Shown in pieces: positions 28,201 to 45,600 of a stretch of 64,000 nt of DNA. Under the pieces are notes generated by a model. That model was not told the DNA's origin. It saw only the letters and a list, made by a program, of their open reading frames with translations, and did no database searches. Each line of letters starts with the position of its first letter. The stretch's first letter is position 1. The translations under genes and the position numbers were made by a program. Origin of the DNA: Bugula neritina. Lineage: Eukaryota > Animalia > Bryozoa. Location of the stretch: the NCBI GenBank assembly GCA_964035545.1, contig OZ037768.1, positions 17,157,875 to 17,221,874 on the forward strand. The letters run 5' to 3'.

Positions 28201-31200
28201 ACGTCATGCGCTTAAAAAAAGAGAGCTCACTTTTGAGTAGTGTTGCACTGATTTGCAAAATTGTATTGTTGTACGATAGTTAAAGCCAACCCTCAGCACA
28301 CGAAAACCAATGACAACAACTCAAAACTTTATTAAACATATGAGCTTTAGCTGTATGAAGGTTATGTATTTAGACAAAGATTGATGTTGGTGTTAGTATT
28401 CACAGGTGTGTCACATTTCACCAGGAAATGTTTTAGTATTTTTACAATATATTTCTAAGAGTTTGTGATGCATTGAATTCCCAGTGTTCCTGACATAATT
28501 GGTTTGCTTTGGTTTCAGTATTATTGAATGTGAATTGCTATTTCTATTTTCTTTGACTGTTTATTGACCAATGTTATGGCAGTAATTATTAATACAATAA
28601 CTAGACACCCACAGTGAATCTAACAGGAAGCTCTGTGTGTCCACACAAAGTTCACTTAACAGTGGTTATATAATTAATATTCTTATGTAACAGAAGAAAA
28701 ATAGCAACTCTCTTGTATTTGATTGCCAATACCTATGCCATGCTATATTTAGTAAGAAGTAGCAATTGTTACTGGAAGCTTAGTTACCTGGTTAACCCAG
28801 TCTGTATGTATTCCTTGATGCATCTTCGTTTTAGCTGTGGGGTATTTCCCTTTGCACAAATCTCTGAATGGAACTTGAGGAGCGCCCCGAAGTTTATCTT
28901 GGAGTTGTCCAAAAGGTCCACTAGCTATGTCATTAAACTCAATTACACTAACATTGCCACCATCATCACCAATGACAAGAATTGCATTTCGGGAGTCATT
29001 GAAATCAAACCAATAGTCCATACAAAGTGGAGAAAATGGCATCTGCACTATTTCATACTTTTTCTCAAAGAAAGACCCGGAAAAGTCATAAAACATGACA
29101 TTTCTATCAGTAGTAGCGCAGACTAGCATGTTGATGTTTGGGAGACACACCATATCTGTCAACCACAGACACACATCCTTCAGGTTATCAATGTAGCACG
29201 ACCTCTGTAGTTGATAGTCTATGCTCCAGAAATTCACTCTGCCGTCCCGGCCAGCAGAGATGTATCGGCCATTGCTATAGTCTATTTCTTTGAGCATTTC
29301 TCCCCGCGAATTAGTCACATTTGGAACAAAAAGAACTTTGATGATGGCATCTCTGTGATTGCTATGCAAATCTCGGAAACTGCAACATATACCATATCAA
29401 GTTTTGTTTATATGCTCTTATATAGTAATTCTAAATCAATCACACTAAATAACCAGTCGTATATATAACAATTATTAATAAATTAGCATAAATTAAATTA
29501 ATAATACCAATTAACCTAAAAAGTTTAACAAAACTCGAAAAAATAATTTTGAAAATAAGACAATAACCAAATAATTGACACAGATGACGTGACTATTACC
29601 TCTCAGGGCTGAATAGACCCCCCTCAATGACATTACTCATCTGAGATTTCTCCTGAAACTCCAGCAGCATGTAAGACAGATACTCGTCCCAGTCTACTGA
29701 GCCGTCACAGTTTGCATCAACCTGCATGTAGGAGTGGGACAGATGGCTAGTTGCAGACTGAGAAGGAATTATAACACACACTCGGTTTTTCTTAAAGTAT
29801 CAATCCCTGTGAGAAACCTTGGTGATAGGAGTTTTTTGAAATGGAAGACAGTTTATGCGTGGAACATATTATATTGTCTTTAGCTGCTTTTCATGACACG
29901 ACCTTTAAATGCATGCCAGGCTCAAACTCATGAACTGCAGGGCTTGCTAGGTCAGCACTCTAACCACCAGACTGCGCTGCCTTTTTTTAAACTAGAAGAT
30001 GAGTCATCGTGGCTGGCAACAATATGTTTCTAAATCTCCTATTTTTAAATTGACAGTTTACCAGCTGGACTCACTGCAGAACCAATTTTATACATTCCCA
30101 CAAACTGATAAACCAATGTTCCATGCATCACACGCACAGGCTGTACCTGAATTATTTTATTTATTTTATGACAGCTAATTAGTAATTCCATATCTAGAAC
30201 ACAACATTCTGTTATTAGCACTTACGATACCGAATACGTTAAGAATACAATGTTTTCGATAGAAAGTTGAACCCACCTTCATAAATATTAGCTCAATTTC
30301 CTTGTCGCTGATATTTCCCATGGTCTGCCTCATTGCATTTTTGAATTCATCTATATCTAGACCTCCGCCACCATCCTCATCCATTTCCTCAAAGATGTCA
30401 TGTAGCTGGTTGAGTTTCTCCTGCGTCAATCCGTCATCCAGATCATCAGGAGGTCCCTGAGTTTTCTCATCCGTAGCTTTTGCTGAACCTAGTACAACAT
30501 TCAAATACTATTGAGGATGGTGTCCATCATTACAAACACCCAGTCACATAAAGCAACATTATCTTACAACTGTAGAGATCAAACCTTCTTTGAAAGTCTC
30601 CCAACCCCCTTCAGGCAAGTCTTCATAAATTGTGTTTAAGCCTTGCATCCCAAATGTTACATATTCATTTCATAGTGTTGAGAAAGTAACAACCCGACTA
30701 CATACAGGTTGTGGGTTTCAATGGATACCATGTAATAGAGCTATCAAGGTTATTGTAATCAGGAGTGTAGAACAATAAAAGTTACTAAGTAGTAACAAAT
30801 AAAAATCTATAACTTTTTATAGGATCACTTTTGCTTTGATGCTAATTGAAAATAGTAATTGCTCAACACAGTGTAAAAGAATTAGTTGATGAAATGCTTT
30901 ATAAGCTAATATAAAGGCACAAATATCTATTGTTGTTATTGTATCTGTGGGTTAATGTCTATTGAGTAGCAACAAATCAACATTAAATTATAAGGTTTAT
31001 TCTGTTATGTTATAACTCCAGGATTCTGATTTGCATGATTATAGTATTCAATTTATAACTTCCTGAATTTTATTTGAAATAAATATAGCTTATGTTCATA
31101 ATTCAATTGAATGTTCTATTAAACCTGGTAAGAAATTGAAAAATGCAGAAATTTGTTTAGTTGAGAAATAATACTTCTATTAGCATGTTATAGTGAGTTG

Positions 31201-32363
31201 TACTACTTCTGTATTATTCTAATATAGCTGCCAGCTATGCCAATGCTTTGCAGACTCCAATATTTATTAACTGCTAATGCATGAAGACATACGGAAAGGG
31301 CGATTTAATTTTTGTGACTCTTCATAACCTAAGACACTTGCAGATAAAGAATTATATATTTAGTATTCTTATCAGTAAAAGATTAAGTCAAGGTCAATTA
31401 AAACAAATTTTAAACTCCTTAGCATTAGGGCTGAAACACACTGTTGCGTCATGAACAAAGAAAGGTATAGCCTATGGCGCCTGTCATTTTCAATTATAAC
31501 AGTGAAGTGATATTTAATCTTCTTATTAGCTTTATTCTTATTCTGAACTGTAGATCTTGGTATTCAAAATACGCGATTTCTGTTTTGTTAGTAGTTGGCA
31601 AAAACAAAACTTACTCTGCCTAACAAAAACTTTCCTATTTTTCATAATTCTTTAGCTTTAATGTTTCATGCATATAGCAACCAGTGCAACAGTTCACGGA
31701 ATGTACTATTACTGTAGCAATAAAAAAGGTAAAAGAAATTATATCTTTGATGGGAGAATTCAACTTATTGTTATTTTATAGTAATTGGAACTACTCAGTT
31801 TAACAAAACATACCCAATTCATAAAACATGCTACAACTACTTTTTCAGCATTGCAGTATTTTCTGTGTGCTACTGTCATAGTTTTGGTTAAGAAATATAA
31901 TATATTTATATAATAATAGACTAGGTCAGCAAGCTTCTAATCATCAGCATGAATTGACGCAATAATTTTATCAGCTATTTTAAGCCTTCAAAAAATGCTT
32001 TTAAATAGCATCAAGATAAGAAATAGGATTAAGCAGCTGAAACCAAAGGTCAGTTTTTATTTTTATCAGACAAGGATTGTTTAAAGTTCAGCGATCAGCT
32101 TCAACTTTGGACCAAGTAATACACGTATCACTTCTATGGCTGGTCTCATAATTTCTTTTTTAAAAATTAATGTCTGTAATTCAAGCATTTTATTGCTATC
32201 TTAGCAAACCTCAAAGCACCACAACACCAGCAAGTGTGGAATAAGATATGTGAGCCCCAGTCTACGACTTATTAGCCAGCTTATAAAATCAAGTACCTTT
32301 GACTCTGCCAGTGCTTGACCTTCCGCCATCGTCAACCATGGAGGACATTTCTGCTTCTGCCAT
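16288..32363 (-). CDS. EF-hand + WD40-repeat protein, WDR49/EFCAB8/WDY-like (probably ciliary/flagellar), ~1225 aa, 22 exons
   Basis: Exons (high-low) 32363-32297, 30488-30277, 29721-29600, 29379-28788, 27697-27580, 26810-26657, 26026-25888, 25315-25093, 24420-24209, 23823-23607, 23229-23209, 22546-22363, 21893-21668, 21333-21219, 20760-20641, 20269-20084, 19418-19308, 18534-18390, 18273-18244, 17479-17366, 16902-16728, 16482-16288; total 3678 nt, all phases consistent. EF-hands DEDGGGGLDIDEF and FMKVDANCDGSVDWDEYLSYMLLE; WD repeats ITGGLDHNVRIWNPY, LITGARNGSVKVWNFNNG, LVTASTDCSVRLW. Confidence 0.88.
17666..17732 (+). pseudogene. tRNA pseudogene or tRNA-derived element, antisense within a WD40-gene intron
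   Basis: GCCTCCGTGGTGTAATGGTAGCACACTTGCAAGCCAGAGGACTTGGGCTCGATTCCCAGTGGTGGCA. A box, mutated B box, acceptor stem with a mismatch, shortened anticodon arm that does not pair, followed by TTATTTT. Confidence 0.6.
19718..19870. repeat. Degenerate ~24-28-bp tandem array near the 5' end of a WD40-gene intron
   Basis: Units beginning TATTTACC/TATTTACT/TGTTTACT/TATTCGCC followed by (T/C)CT(A/G)(C/T)A. Confidence 0.65.
19871..20060 (-). mobile_element. tRNA-Thr(AGT)-derived SINE, near full length
   Basis: Minus strand GGGAGAAGCCGTGGTCTAGGGGTTAGAGCGTTTGCCTAGTAAGCAAGAAGTCATGGGTTTGAGCCC..AGGAAGAGCATTCAGTCATAATTGCT..CTCACAGGGATGGTGACTATAAACTTGCGTGAG. A/B boxes, CTAGTAA anticodon-loop relic; aligns by eye with copies at 50844 and 60261. 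Confidence 0.85.
29800..29981 (-). mobile_element. Diverged SINE copy
   Basis: Plus strand ATCCCTGTGAGAAACC (tail) and GGCTCAAACTCATGA..GCTTGCTAGGTCAGCACTCTAACCACCAGAC (head) match the 19871 copy. Confidence 0.7.
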
Positions 32364-34713
32364 GCACTCAACCAATAAGTGTAACCTGCAGCAAACAACT
32401 CAACTAATAGGTGTAATCTGCAACAAATAAACTTAATTTTTAATGCTGTAAATGATTTTCTAAATGATTAAATAAATATGTTATAGACGTTTTACAGACT
32501 TTTACCAGATTTAATAAAATATTGAAATATAATCCGTAAGCTCTGCTGTATCAATAGCTTGAGATATGCAGCATATATACCAGGTACCAGTGACTTTAGC
32601 TATATAGCTGATAGTCTTTTTAAGCTGGAAAGATGCACCGAATACTAAAACTACCTCACAACTGAACTGCACAATACATGAATTGAGAAAGTAGCAAAAA
32701 ATACTTGATAGTTGATGCCCGTATCAATTACAAATATCTCACGTACCACAAAGACACAATAGGATTACCCTTTGTGGTTACAGATTTACAGTGTCCAGTA
32801 AATAATTCTATTGTTGAGATAAATAATAGTCATAATAATCCAGTACCAAAAATCAATACATGATTAGAACATATCACTAACCAATTACCAAAATCTGCTA
32901 TGAATATCTATTTTGGAAATTGCTTCATCAAAATAAACAGAAAAAGTAATTTTATATGTTTTACAATAACATTTAAGCTACATATTATGGAAAAATAACA
33001 TGCCATCCATGGAATTTAAACCTATTTGCTTAGGCGAAGCCTGGCATGAGCCCTTATCTATTGCAGTACCACACCCGTTCTTATTTACTGTCAAACAAGT
33101 AGAAGTTCAAATTCCAGTAATATAGGTTACATTCTTTAAGATATACTATACTATACTATTCTGAAGCTAGCTAGACTATAGACAAAAATTAATTTCTCAA
33201 TCTTAATACTAAAATATATAAATAAGCAAACAAATAAATATAAAAATAAATATAAGAATAATTGAATAAATAGTTATATTACTACTGTAGAGAATGTATT
33301 ATATACAATTTAAATTAAGTTTAAATTACTTACAAATGAACAGCAGGCAGCAGTCTACTTAAACATATATGTACTCCAAATAGGCTGCGTATAATAAAGG
33401 ACTGCAAATTAATAGATACTTTATTCAATGCAACAAAAGGTTTTTAATAAGCAGTGCTTTGATTACAAGTTGCATGCATGGAATGGCTATACACATGCAA
33501 CTAATTTCAGTGAAACCACTTTGTGTAAGATTATAATAACATTTAGCTAATTCAAAGAACTTCTGTTACAAATACAACACGGCTTAAGTTTCCAAAACAA
33601 GGCCTTGGCTACCGATATATTACATTCATTTAATTCAACAAGAAAAACCTCTTACAATACCTGAACATAAATAAGTGCAAAAATTGTAAATTAAACCTTT
33701 AGAAACTTCCCTTGCTATACTCACAGGTAAAATTATATGACATTTCAAACTAATAAAAGAAATGTACCTGCAAAGCTTCACATAAACTTTGAAGTTGACT
33801 ACAAAATCTGCAATAATATGCACATTCTTTAGTTAGATGAAACACTTGAAAATAACAAACTACGTTCTCATATTTATAAAAATTGGTGGTTTTAATTGAA
33901 ACATTGAAAATAGACAGTTTATTTTTCAAGCACTTGAAAGATTTTGTAACTATTTTACAACTACTAACAGCTCCTTGAGGTTTTATGCTAATAAACAAAT
34001 CATATAATCCAACAGCTTTTAGTGTACAGAAAAGGCAAGAAACATTGGCCAAGTCTATAGCAAAATCTGAGGGCTAGAAGAGCCATCAACAATTCAAAAA
34101 AGGAAACTAGTTTCAATAATAAACAGGGAAACTGTGGACCTCTAAAATTGTTACATTGAAAAGGTTTTACTTCATATCAAATTATTGAGTAGAACTTGCC
34201 CGAGTTCAATAATCTTGCTTGATATTTGATGGAAGTGGATTTTATTTTGGTCTGCTATGCATTTTATATGAACTTAGAGCTTTGATTTTGCTGAAGAACA
34301 CAGTAAAGAAATTTAGTAGATGCAGTTAGTTTTCTATAACTTCTCTGCAGCTGACTTCAACTATTAGATACATATTATTATGCTGGAGCAAGCAAAACAC
34401 TGTTTAATTATTGCGTTATTAGGGGTGGAGGGTTGGCCAAACCTCCTGTGAGTCAGTTTTATATACTTTTATTGGCTTATTTTCCAACATCAAGCAAATG
34501 GCTTAATTCTTATCCCAGCTAAACATCTCAAATTTATCTCGGTTAAAATACTGACCCACTTGATATGCTATATATATATCATGTTAGCATATGCGATTGA
34601 GAAATTACCTAGATAACACAGTGAATTAAGGTTATATAATAGGTAATATTCACTGTAATAATCACAACCTAGCAAGACTTGTGTTAGTATAGAACTGCTA
34701 ACACAACTTTGAG

Positions 34714-38194
<3,481 letters not shown>

Positions 38195-39499
38195 AATATA
38201 TTGGATGTTTGTTTTAGTTTTGACTTTAAATGAATGTGATTTATATTGCAGTTTTTTATATTCTTCAGAATCCAAAGTTGAGAAAATCAAATAATGTAGC
38301 CCAACCTATAATTGTATGCTGCTTGAAAATACAACGATGCAATCTAAATGAATAAACTATATTGATGCACACAAGTAAATTGGTTTATGTATATAATTAA
38401 ATGTTGAAAACAAATAGAAATAGTTGTTAGAAATGACCCAATTTTATCAAAGTATCTAATCAATTATCGATCAGTAATAGCTGTTGCTATTGAAATATCA
38501 ACTGATAAATTTTTCTTTAAATTAGTTTTAGCAACTCTCTACAAAACATAATTATTTTGAATCTACAAGGCTTCTTGAAAATCCTTTTATTATTGACATT
38601 TCTGTCAAGATCAGCATTTTCAAAAATATCCTACTTATAAATTTCACTATATACATAATAAATGTAGCACTCATCGGTACGAAACAACATAAAAATGAGA
38701 ATCTATGTTGTAGCATCAAATTAAATGTAATAAACCATAGGCCAGCTGCATAAACATTAAAACAAGAAATTCATTTATGTACTTTATAGAGTTATCTTCT
38801 TTGCACAATAAATTGCGCCCAATTTTGGGTTTGAAATTCTGTTCTTTCACTACGAAATGGCACATGAAAACATAATATGATTACATCCAGCTATAAATAC
38901 TGCACATTAATAAACTAACACTTATCGACAGACTTCATAAACAGTAGTTACAAAACCCAAGTCTAACTGTTTGAAAGCATGAAATGCATATATCATGGTA
39001 TAAGACTAGCTAATAATATACATTTCATATTGTCCCACCAACACTGTATTGACACAAGAAACTACACTGATTTTCTTTCCTGTGTCACACCTACGGCTAC
39101 TCATCAAACATGAAAAGTAAGGTTTAAACTTTAAATTGAAAGTATTAGGAGTACCAATCTTCCCTTTTAATTTTCCACCAAATCTACTAGCACTGAACTG
39201 GCTTATCTCCTTCAGCTTCTACTAGTTTTAACTTTGTTTTCTGCTGCTGATTATAACGTGCATATACTTTTTAAAATAAAATTACAAAAAATGCAGTTAT
39301 TTTGATCAATATTTTCAAAGACTGGAATACAATACAACCTTTTTAAAAATAATAATGATGGGTATTAAAAAGGCGTGTCGGAAGCGAATGTTTCTCGTGT
39401 TTCTAAGTTAATAAAGAGGATTTCTCAATGATGTCTTAATGACGTGTTGTTAGATACGCTATGTTTCGCACCATAGTTTGATCTGGCATTGGACGGTCA

Positions 39500-40960
39500 A
39501 ATGCGGATACTGATAGTGATACTTTTGAACAGTAAATATAAGCTTGGCTTTTAGTTCTACTTCATTTTAGTCTTGCATTATCAGTAATCACCTGGTGATA
39601 ATTATAGTGATTGTAGTAACGATCGTAATGACTATCACTACAAAAATCAAGTTTTAATCTTCAATTAATGCTGTACCTTTAAGTTTATCACTACCGTTTA
39701 AATAACTATAAGTATAAGACTAGCTTTTTTCAAACGTCAAACTCAAAGGTGAAACAGTCAAACACAAAGTCAAATCACTAAGACTAAGAGTAAGACTAAG
39801 AATAAAACTAATGACAAATGTATTTTCACTTTCCAATACTTACAAGGTCAATTAAAAATTACAAGTAACAACTACAAGCAAATTAATAATTATTAAATTG
39901 AATGCTTATTGACATAATCACAATGATAAATCTATTACTACTACTATTACTACTACTATTAGTATTAGTATTACTATTACTATTACTATTACTATTACTA
40001 TTACTATTAGTATTAGTATTAATATTGAATTTACTTACACCTTTAGTTTTACTATTAGACTTAGTACTAGCAAATAACAATAACTTTATAGTATTACTAT
40101 TAGTTATACTCTATAGTAATACCAATAGTAATACTAATAGTAATACTAATCAAATGGTAACCCGTAATCAGTAATGCTAATCACCATCAGTAAATGTAGT
40201 TGTAACTTGCTGGTGTCTTAGTCTAAGTCTGGTAGGAATTTCCAAATTTATAACTTTGTCCTACTGGTACTCACCATGATAATCATAATGATAATGAATA
40301 ATACTAATACTAATAGTAGTACTAGTACCGATACCAAATTCAATATTATCATTATTCTTATGTTATTCAATTGTTAATGTAAAATTAAATCTAAATATCA
40401 AATATTGATGCTCCAATGTATAATTTCATGATGTTAATGTTTGACACAATAGCACTGATTGTGTCAATATATTTTAATATATAAACTTGGGACATAGCTT
40501 CAGCTTCAAGCTTAAAACTAAAACTAAAGCATCATAATCATTAGTTTATAAGTATTAGCAATAAGATTACTATTACTATTAGTATTAATATTACTATTAG
40601 ATTTAATGATAATGAGTTCAATACTAATAATCAACATGACTATTCAATGTCTGGACCTGTTGATTAAGTTCAATACTATATAGCCATATTAATACAGTAA
40701 CTTTGAGTTTATCTTTGAATATTAAGTTGAGATAAAAATTTAAATTAAACAAATATTAGTAAAATAGCTCTCAATCTAATGTTATCAAGTTCAACCATTA
40801 AAGTTGGCTTTGCGTTTATACCAGATCCACCATGATCATGATAATAGTTTTGTTAATAATATTATATTATCTACTTTGGCTTAGACTATCTAATTTGAAA
40901 ATCACTATTATAATAGAAATGATATTATTATTAGTGGGTTTCATTAAATATGGTAATAAT
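39500..40960. repeat. Low-complexity mosaic of 3- and 6-bp periodic motifs (block B)
   Basis: (TACTAT)n, (TAGTAT)n, AAGACT, CTAAAA, CATGAT, AGTCAA runs; boundaries approximate. Confidence 0.7.
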
Positions 40961-42685
40961 TAACTGAAAGGTAAAATTAAAGTGTCTAACACTTGTTTTG
41001 TATTTCCTGAAAGGTTAGCATGTACTTATTTTACTGTTATAAAATTAAGGCTATCTAAATTTTAATTTTAATGTAAAAGAATTGCTGTCAACATTGTATT
41101 AAAAGCCTCCAGACTGGGAGATTTCTTTAACCCATGTATCTTATTGCTTACAAAATTGGTTCCTGTTTAATAGGAATAATGGAATGTTATGTACATTATA
41201 AAAGCGGACAGACATTTATGCATGCTGTTAACAAGTGAGTTTTAGAATTTCGATTAGGTGATAATCAACAACTGGAGATATAACTAGTTTAAAAATGTTT
41301 TTGGTTCTTTTTGGCGTAATAGTATACTTATTAATATTCACAGGGATTTACAGTTTGTTTTATTGAAAAACCAAACTTTAACTAACAGAGCTAGGAGAGG
41401 TCATTGCTAAGTCGATTTTCTAGTCAGACTTGAAAATTTAAGTTCGATAAATTTGGTTTCATCAAAATTTAGTTAAATGTATAAGGAGTTGATATGTACC
41501 ATTCACATGCCTACACTTGACAAATGCAAATAAAAAAAATTATTTTATCTTTACTTATTTAAGGTGTATGCTATTCAAAGATGAAAAATAGTAATCCATT
41601 AGTAAGGGATGCATCTTTATGAAACCTAAAACCACAATGAGCTAATACAATAGCTATTTTTTATAGTAAATGGTTTATAATTAATCTAAAAAATATGTTT
41701 AGTTTTTAGTTTTTTTTCTATAATTGGTCAACACCAATTAAAAGTTGATATGTTTTATGAAAGTTATAAAAACACCAATCTGTTTTCATCGAGGAGCGAA
41801 TAATGTTGGTTTAGATAACTTAGGCTGATCCATCAGTGTTTAATAAGTGTCGCTAATATGTTAGAGAGAAATTGTGAGTCTTGTGAATGGATGAGTTGAA
41901 ACATTCAAATGATTTGTTTGCTGCTAACAATGCCTCTAATCATCTAGACAGCATCACTCATAGATGAATATAGCTTCCTGAATTTAGGTGTCAAACTCAA
42001 ATATTAATCATCATAACAGTTATCTACTGTTTGATGCTGGAGAAAGTTAGAAACTTTCCTGCTGCGAAAAAATGTTTTTCTTATGCATTTATTTTGGTTT
42101 AGGTCATACATTTAAATACATAATTGGGCAATAAATACTGCATTGTTTGTTCAAAGTTGCTTTGATTTGACTAGTATGTTCATTTTTAACATAATATTTG
42201 TATAAAACAATTTTTGAAGCATGTAAAATATAATAGTTGACATCAATATTTACTTTCATTTATAATATACCTATATCAAAGATATACCTGTACATTACAT
42301 GAGTAGTTTAGGATAATGTATTTTGACCAAGATTTCTCTTTGTAGAAACCATACTAGATAAACACTGACTCATTACACAATCTAAACACTTGTAATGTAA
42401 CTGAAAGCTGGTATTGCACTGATACTCATGTATAAAATAGCTCATAAATATTTGTGTAGTAGCATGTTCTACTGGTGCCTGCATCTCATTTTGTGTTGTT
42501 TTCTTTGTGAACCAGTCTGTTTGAGAAGTTTGAATTTTGTGACCTGAGTCTATATATCAGATTAAGATGGCAGTATCTGATTACTGTTAATACAGCTATG
42601 TTGATATAATCTGCAGGTAGTTGGTGTTGAAATATGATTTTACTACCACATAGCTGACAGCCAGACATGGATATAGAGTAGCAAG

Positions 42686-45600
42686 ATGTGGAGCAGAGGA
42701 TACATCTATTGGACTGTGTTTCTTGCCTTGCTTGGCTTGATATCTGCTGATGGGCAGACTGTCTGCCAGTATAAAGGTCAGGGTGTTAGCAGTTGCACTA
42801 ATTGACATGATAATTGTGCCATGACAGACAGATATGCTGTGCAATGACATTCTCCTATTTAATACAGTGCTCCCTCCATATCTCACGGTTCCATTTCTCA
42901 CGAAATCCCATAAATCAAGAGAAAGGCCTATGTATGTGTGTATAGTAACAAAATGGCTGAATTTAATGGATCCTTGAGTTAAATCTGGTATTCTGCTATG
43001 TCATGTATTGAGGTTTTGGGACCACAGCTTAGTGAGATATGGAGGTAGCACTGTATCTAGTTGAAGGCCGCAGTAGAGCTTCACCTTGCTGTTTCATATT
43101 TGTAGGTAGTTTGCCTGTGATTGAAAGGCACTTCTACCATCATGTTCCTGGCACCAATTACTATGCTGAAAAGAATATCACTCTGCCTCAATCTCTATAC
43201 TTTCCTGAGAGGTAATCCACGTGTATAGAGTATTATAACTGCTGCTATTGTTAGCTATAGCCAAGCAACAAGAGTATTTCACTGCAGTAGTCTGTCTGTG
43301 TATACACAACAGCATAGTAATTATAGCTGAGATAGTTGTGTATAATGTAATAAGGGAAGATGTGACTTCAGAGTCCTGATATCACCTCAAACATGGTGTT
43401 AGTTCTAGCTTTCAGCTGCTGTTTAAAGAATTCTGTGATGACATCTACTCCTTAACCTGCTTTCAAGTGTTTTTCCAACTAATTTAAGTATTATCTCACT
43501 AATTGCCTGCAATATTGCCACTGTGCAGTGTTTGCTCTTTCAATGAACTCACTTTATAGGCAATAATCATTTGTATAGCCAGTTATATGCACACTACTTG
43601 CTGACGCTGACGTACCTATGATTTAATTAATCTGACCGTTTAGTGCTCATATTTCTCCAAACATGTTTTCATGTTGCTGCAATATTTGCATGCCTTTTGA
43701 AAAATTCTACTTGAAAACCAATGTTTGTGTTTTGTGCCCAACTCCTGGCTGTATTTATTTTAACATGCTGACACCTTATAACACTAAACTGGAAGGTTAA
43801 AGCTGTAAGACTAAGTTGTTGTAGTTGAGTGTTAGACTTAGGGTTGTAGGCTGTTTTATAGAGCTATATTGTTAAGATTTTAGGGCTATGGTGTTGTAAC
43901 TGTTGTACCGTAATAAAATTGTTAATTTGGTGATTTCACCTCTTTTTAACAACTTTTCTACATCCACTTGTCTTGCAGTTACTACATAAGTTTATACAAA
44001 GTTAAATTTGTTTACTAGAAACTTGTACAAGTATTTTATAATAGTCAGGGATGATACAAATATTAAAAATAAAGAAATTAGTGTCAGGACTCAATAAATC
44101 ACTATTCACTCATTGTACAGTTAACTCTCCAATGGCTGTCATAGAAATTAGATTAGCAACCAGCTTTTGATTGGCTACTTTATTTATGAACTCTGTTTAC
44201 CTGTCATCTGAGACTGGACATTTCTGCTTTCACTGAATCAACAATTTGATCAATAAGTTTCACTGGTGCTAACTCTAAGTTACTGAACCGTCTCTTGTCA
44301 ACTATTATTTTATTTCCAACACAACTATTTCAACACTGGAGGTTTTTTCTTTAGCATTGTTTTGTAACCGAAAAAATTGTGTTTATTGTGAACTGACCAT
44401 AATTATTCCACTGTGATGAAAAAGGAGTGCTCCCTCCATATCTCACTAAGCTACGGGTGTGAAACCATAATTTGTGACATTGCAGAATGCTTGATTTAAT
44501 TCATGGGTCTGTTAAATTCAGCCATTTTGTCTTTATACGCTCATACATAAGTCACAAAACAGGGTTCCAAGCTTTTCTTGTGATCTATGGAATTTTGTGA
44601 GCAAGGAAACCATGAAATACAGAGGGAGCACTGTACTCGTATATGAATCATCATTTTTCTAATAACTAACGCAAGTTGTGAGTTATTACAGAAATGGAAT
44701 TATACAGATAATTTATATAAGAGTACATTTTTGTAATTGTAATTTGTACTTGTAATTTTTGTAATACTAGTCTTCTATTATCTCACAAAATTCCCTTTAT
44801 TAGGTTTTTAACTTGAACAAAAGTTCAGCCACCAGTTACTAACTTTGATATTCACGGATTACATTACATATGCCGAGTACCAACTATATGTTGGCCTCCA
44901 GTAGCAAAATGTAGACCTATATGTTATTCTCCTGTCTACTCAACTGGCATTTCATTTCATTTTTTGATAGATTAATCAATGAGTTGATCAAGCAGTTGCT
45001 GAGCTCGAAGTTAGGTTACTATAATGTATCCTACGTGGACACAACTCAACCATATGTACCCTTGACAACATGTACATCAGAGTAAGTGCTCAAACTCTGT
45101 GCATCTGATTATGTGAACATCTTCCTCAAGCAATGATACTTTCAATTTGTTTATCCTCCTTAGCTACAGTATATGCAATTTCATTATTGAGTAATACCCT
45201 AATTTGACCCCTGTTTTTCAGTTTTGATAGTTTTAGCCTCAGCTAAATTTCTTGTTAAAATCTGGTATTTGAGAAATGATGGAATTGCGGTTGGCAGTTG
45301 TTTACAATGTTATCACAATAATTGTATATTTTGTAGTCTTTTTATATCTCGGCACTATATAGATAAAACATACTATCGCAGTTTGTTGTTGTTTACAAAA
45401 TACCACAATAATTGTGTCTTTTGTAGAATTATATATCAGAACTATATAGATAATACCTACAATCACAGTTTGTTATCTCCACCAGAAACTAACATTAGGT
45501 GAGCTATTGAATAATTCAACACTTTAATGAGAAAATAATTGTAATTACTTTTTAATACTCATTTTTAGAAATATAATGTATAGATGACAATTCATGTTTA

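Noticed and set aside
11641-29468. Plus-strand ORFs such as 11641, 12989, 23611, 24261, 26599, 28713 and 29211
   Set aside because: Antisense to real minus-strand exons; no independent support.
32201-32398. ORF-track frame MAEGQALAESK as first WD40 exon
   Set aside because: Phase 0 at the donor does not fit the phase-1 acceptor at 30488; the frame from ATG 32363 does.
39883-40174. Poly-Leu and poly-Asn/Ser ORFs
   Set aside because: Translations of the TAC/TAT/TAG low-complexity block.
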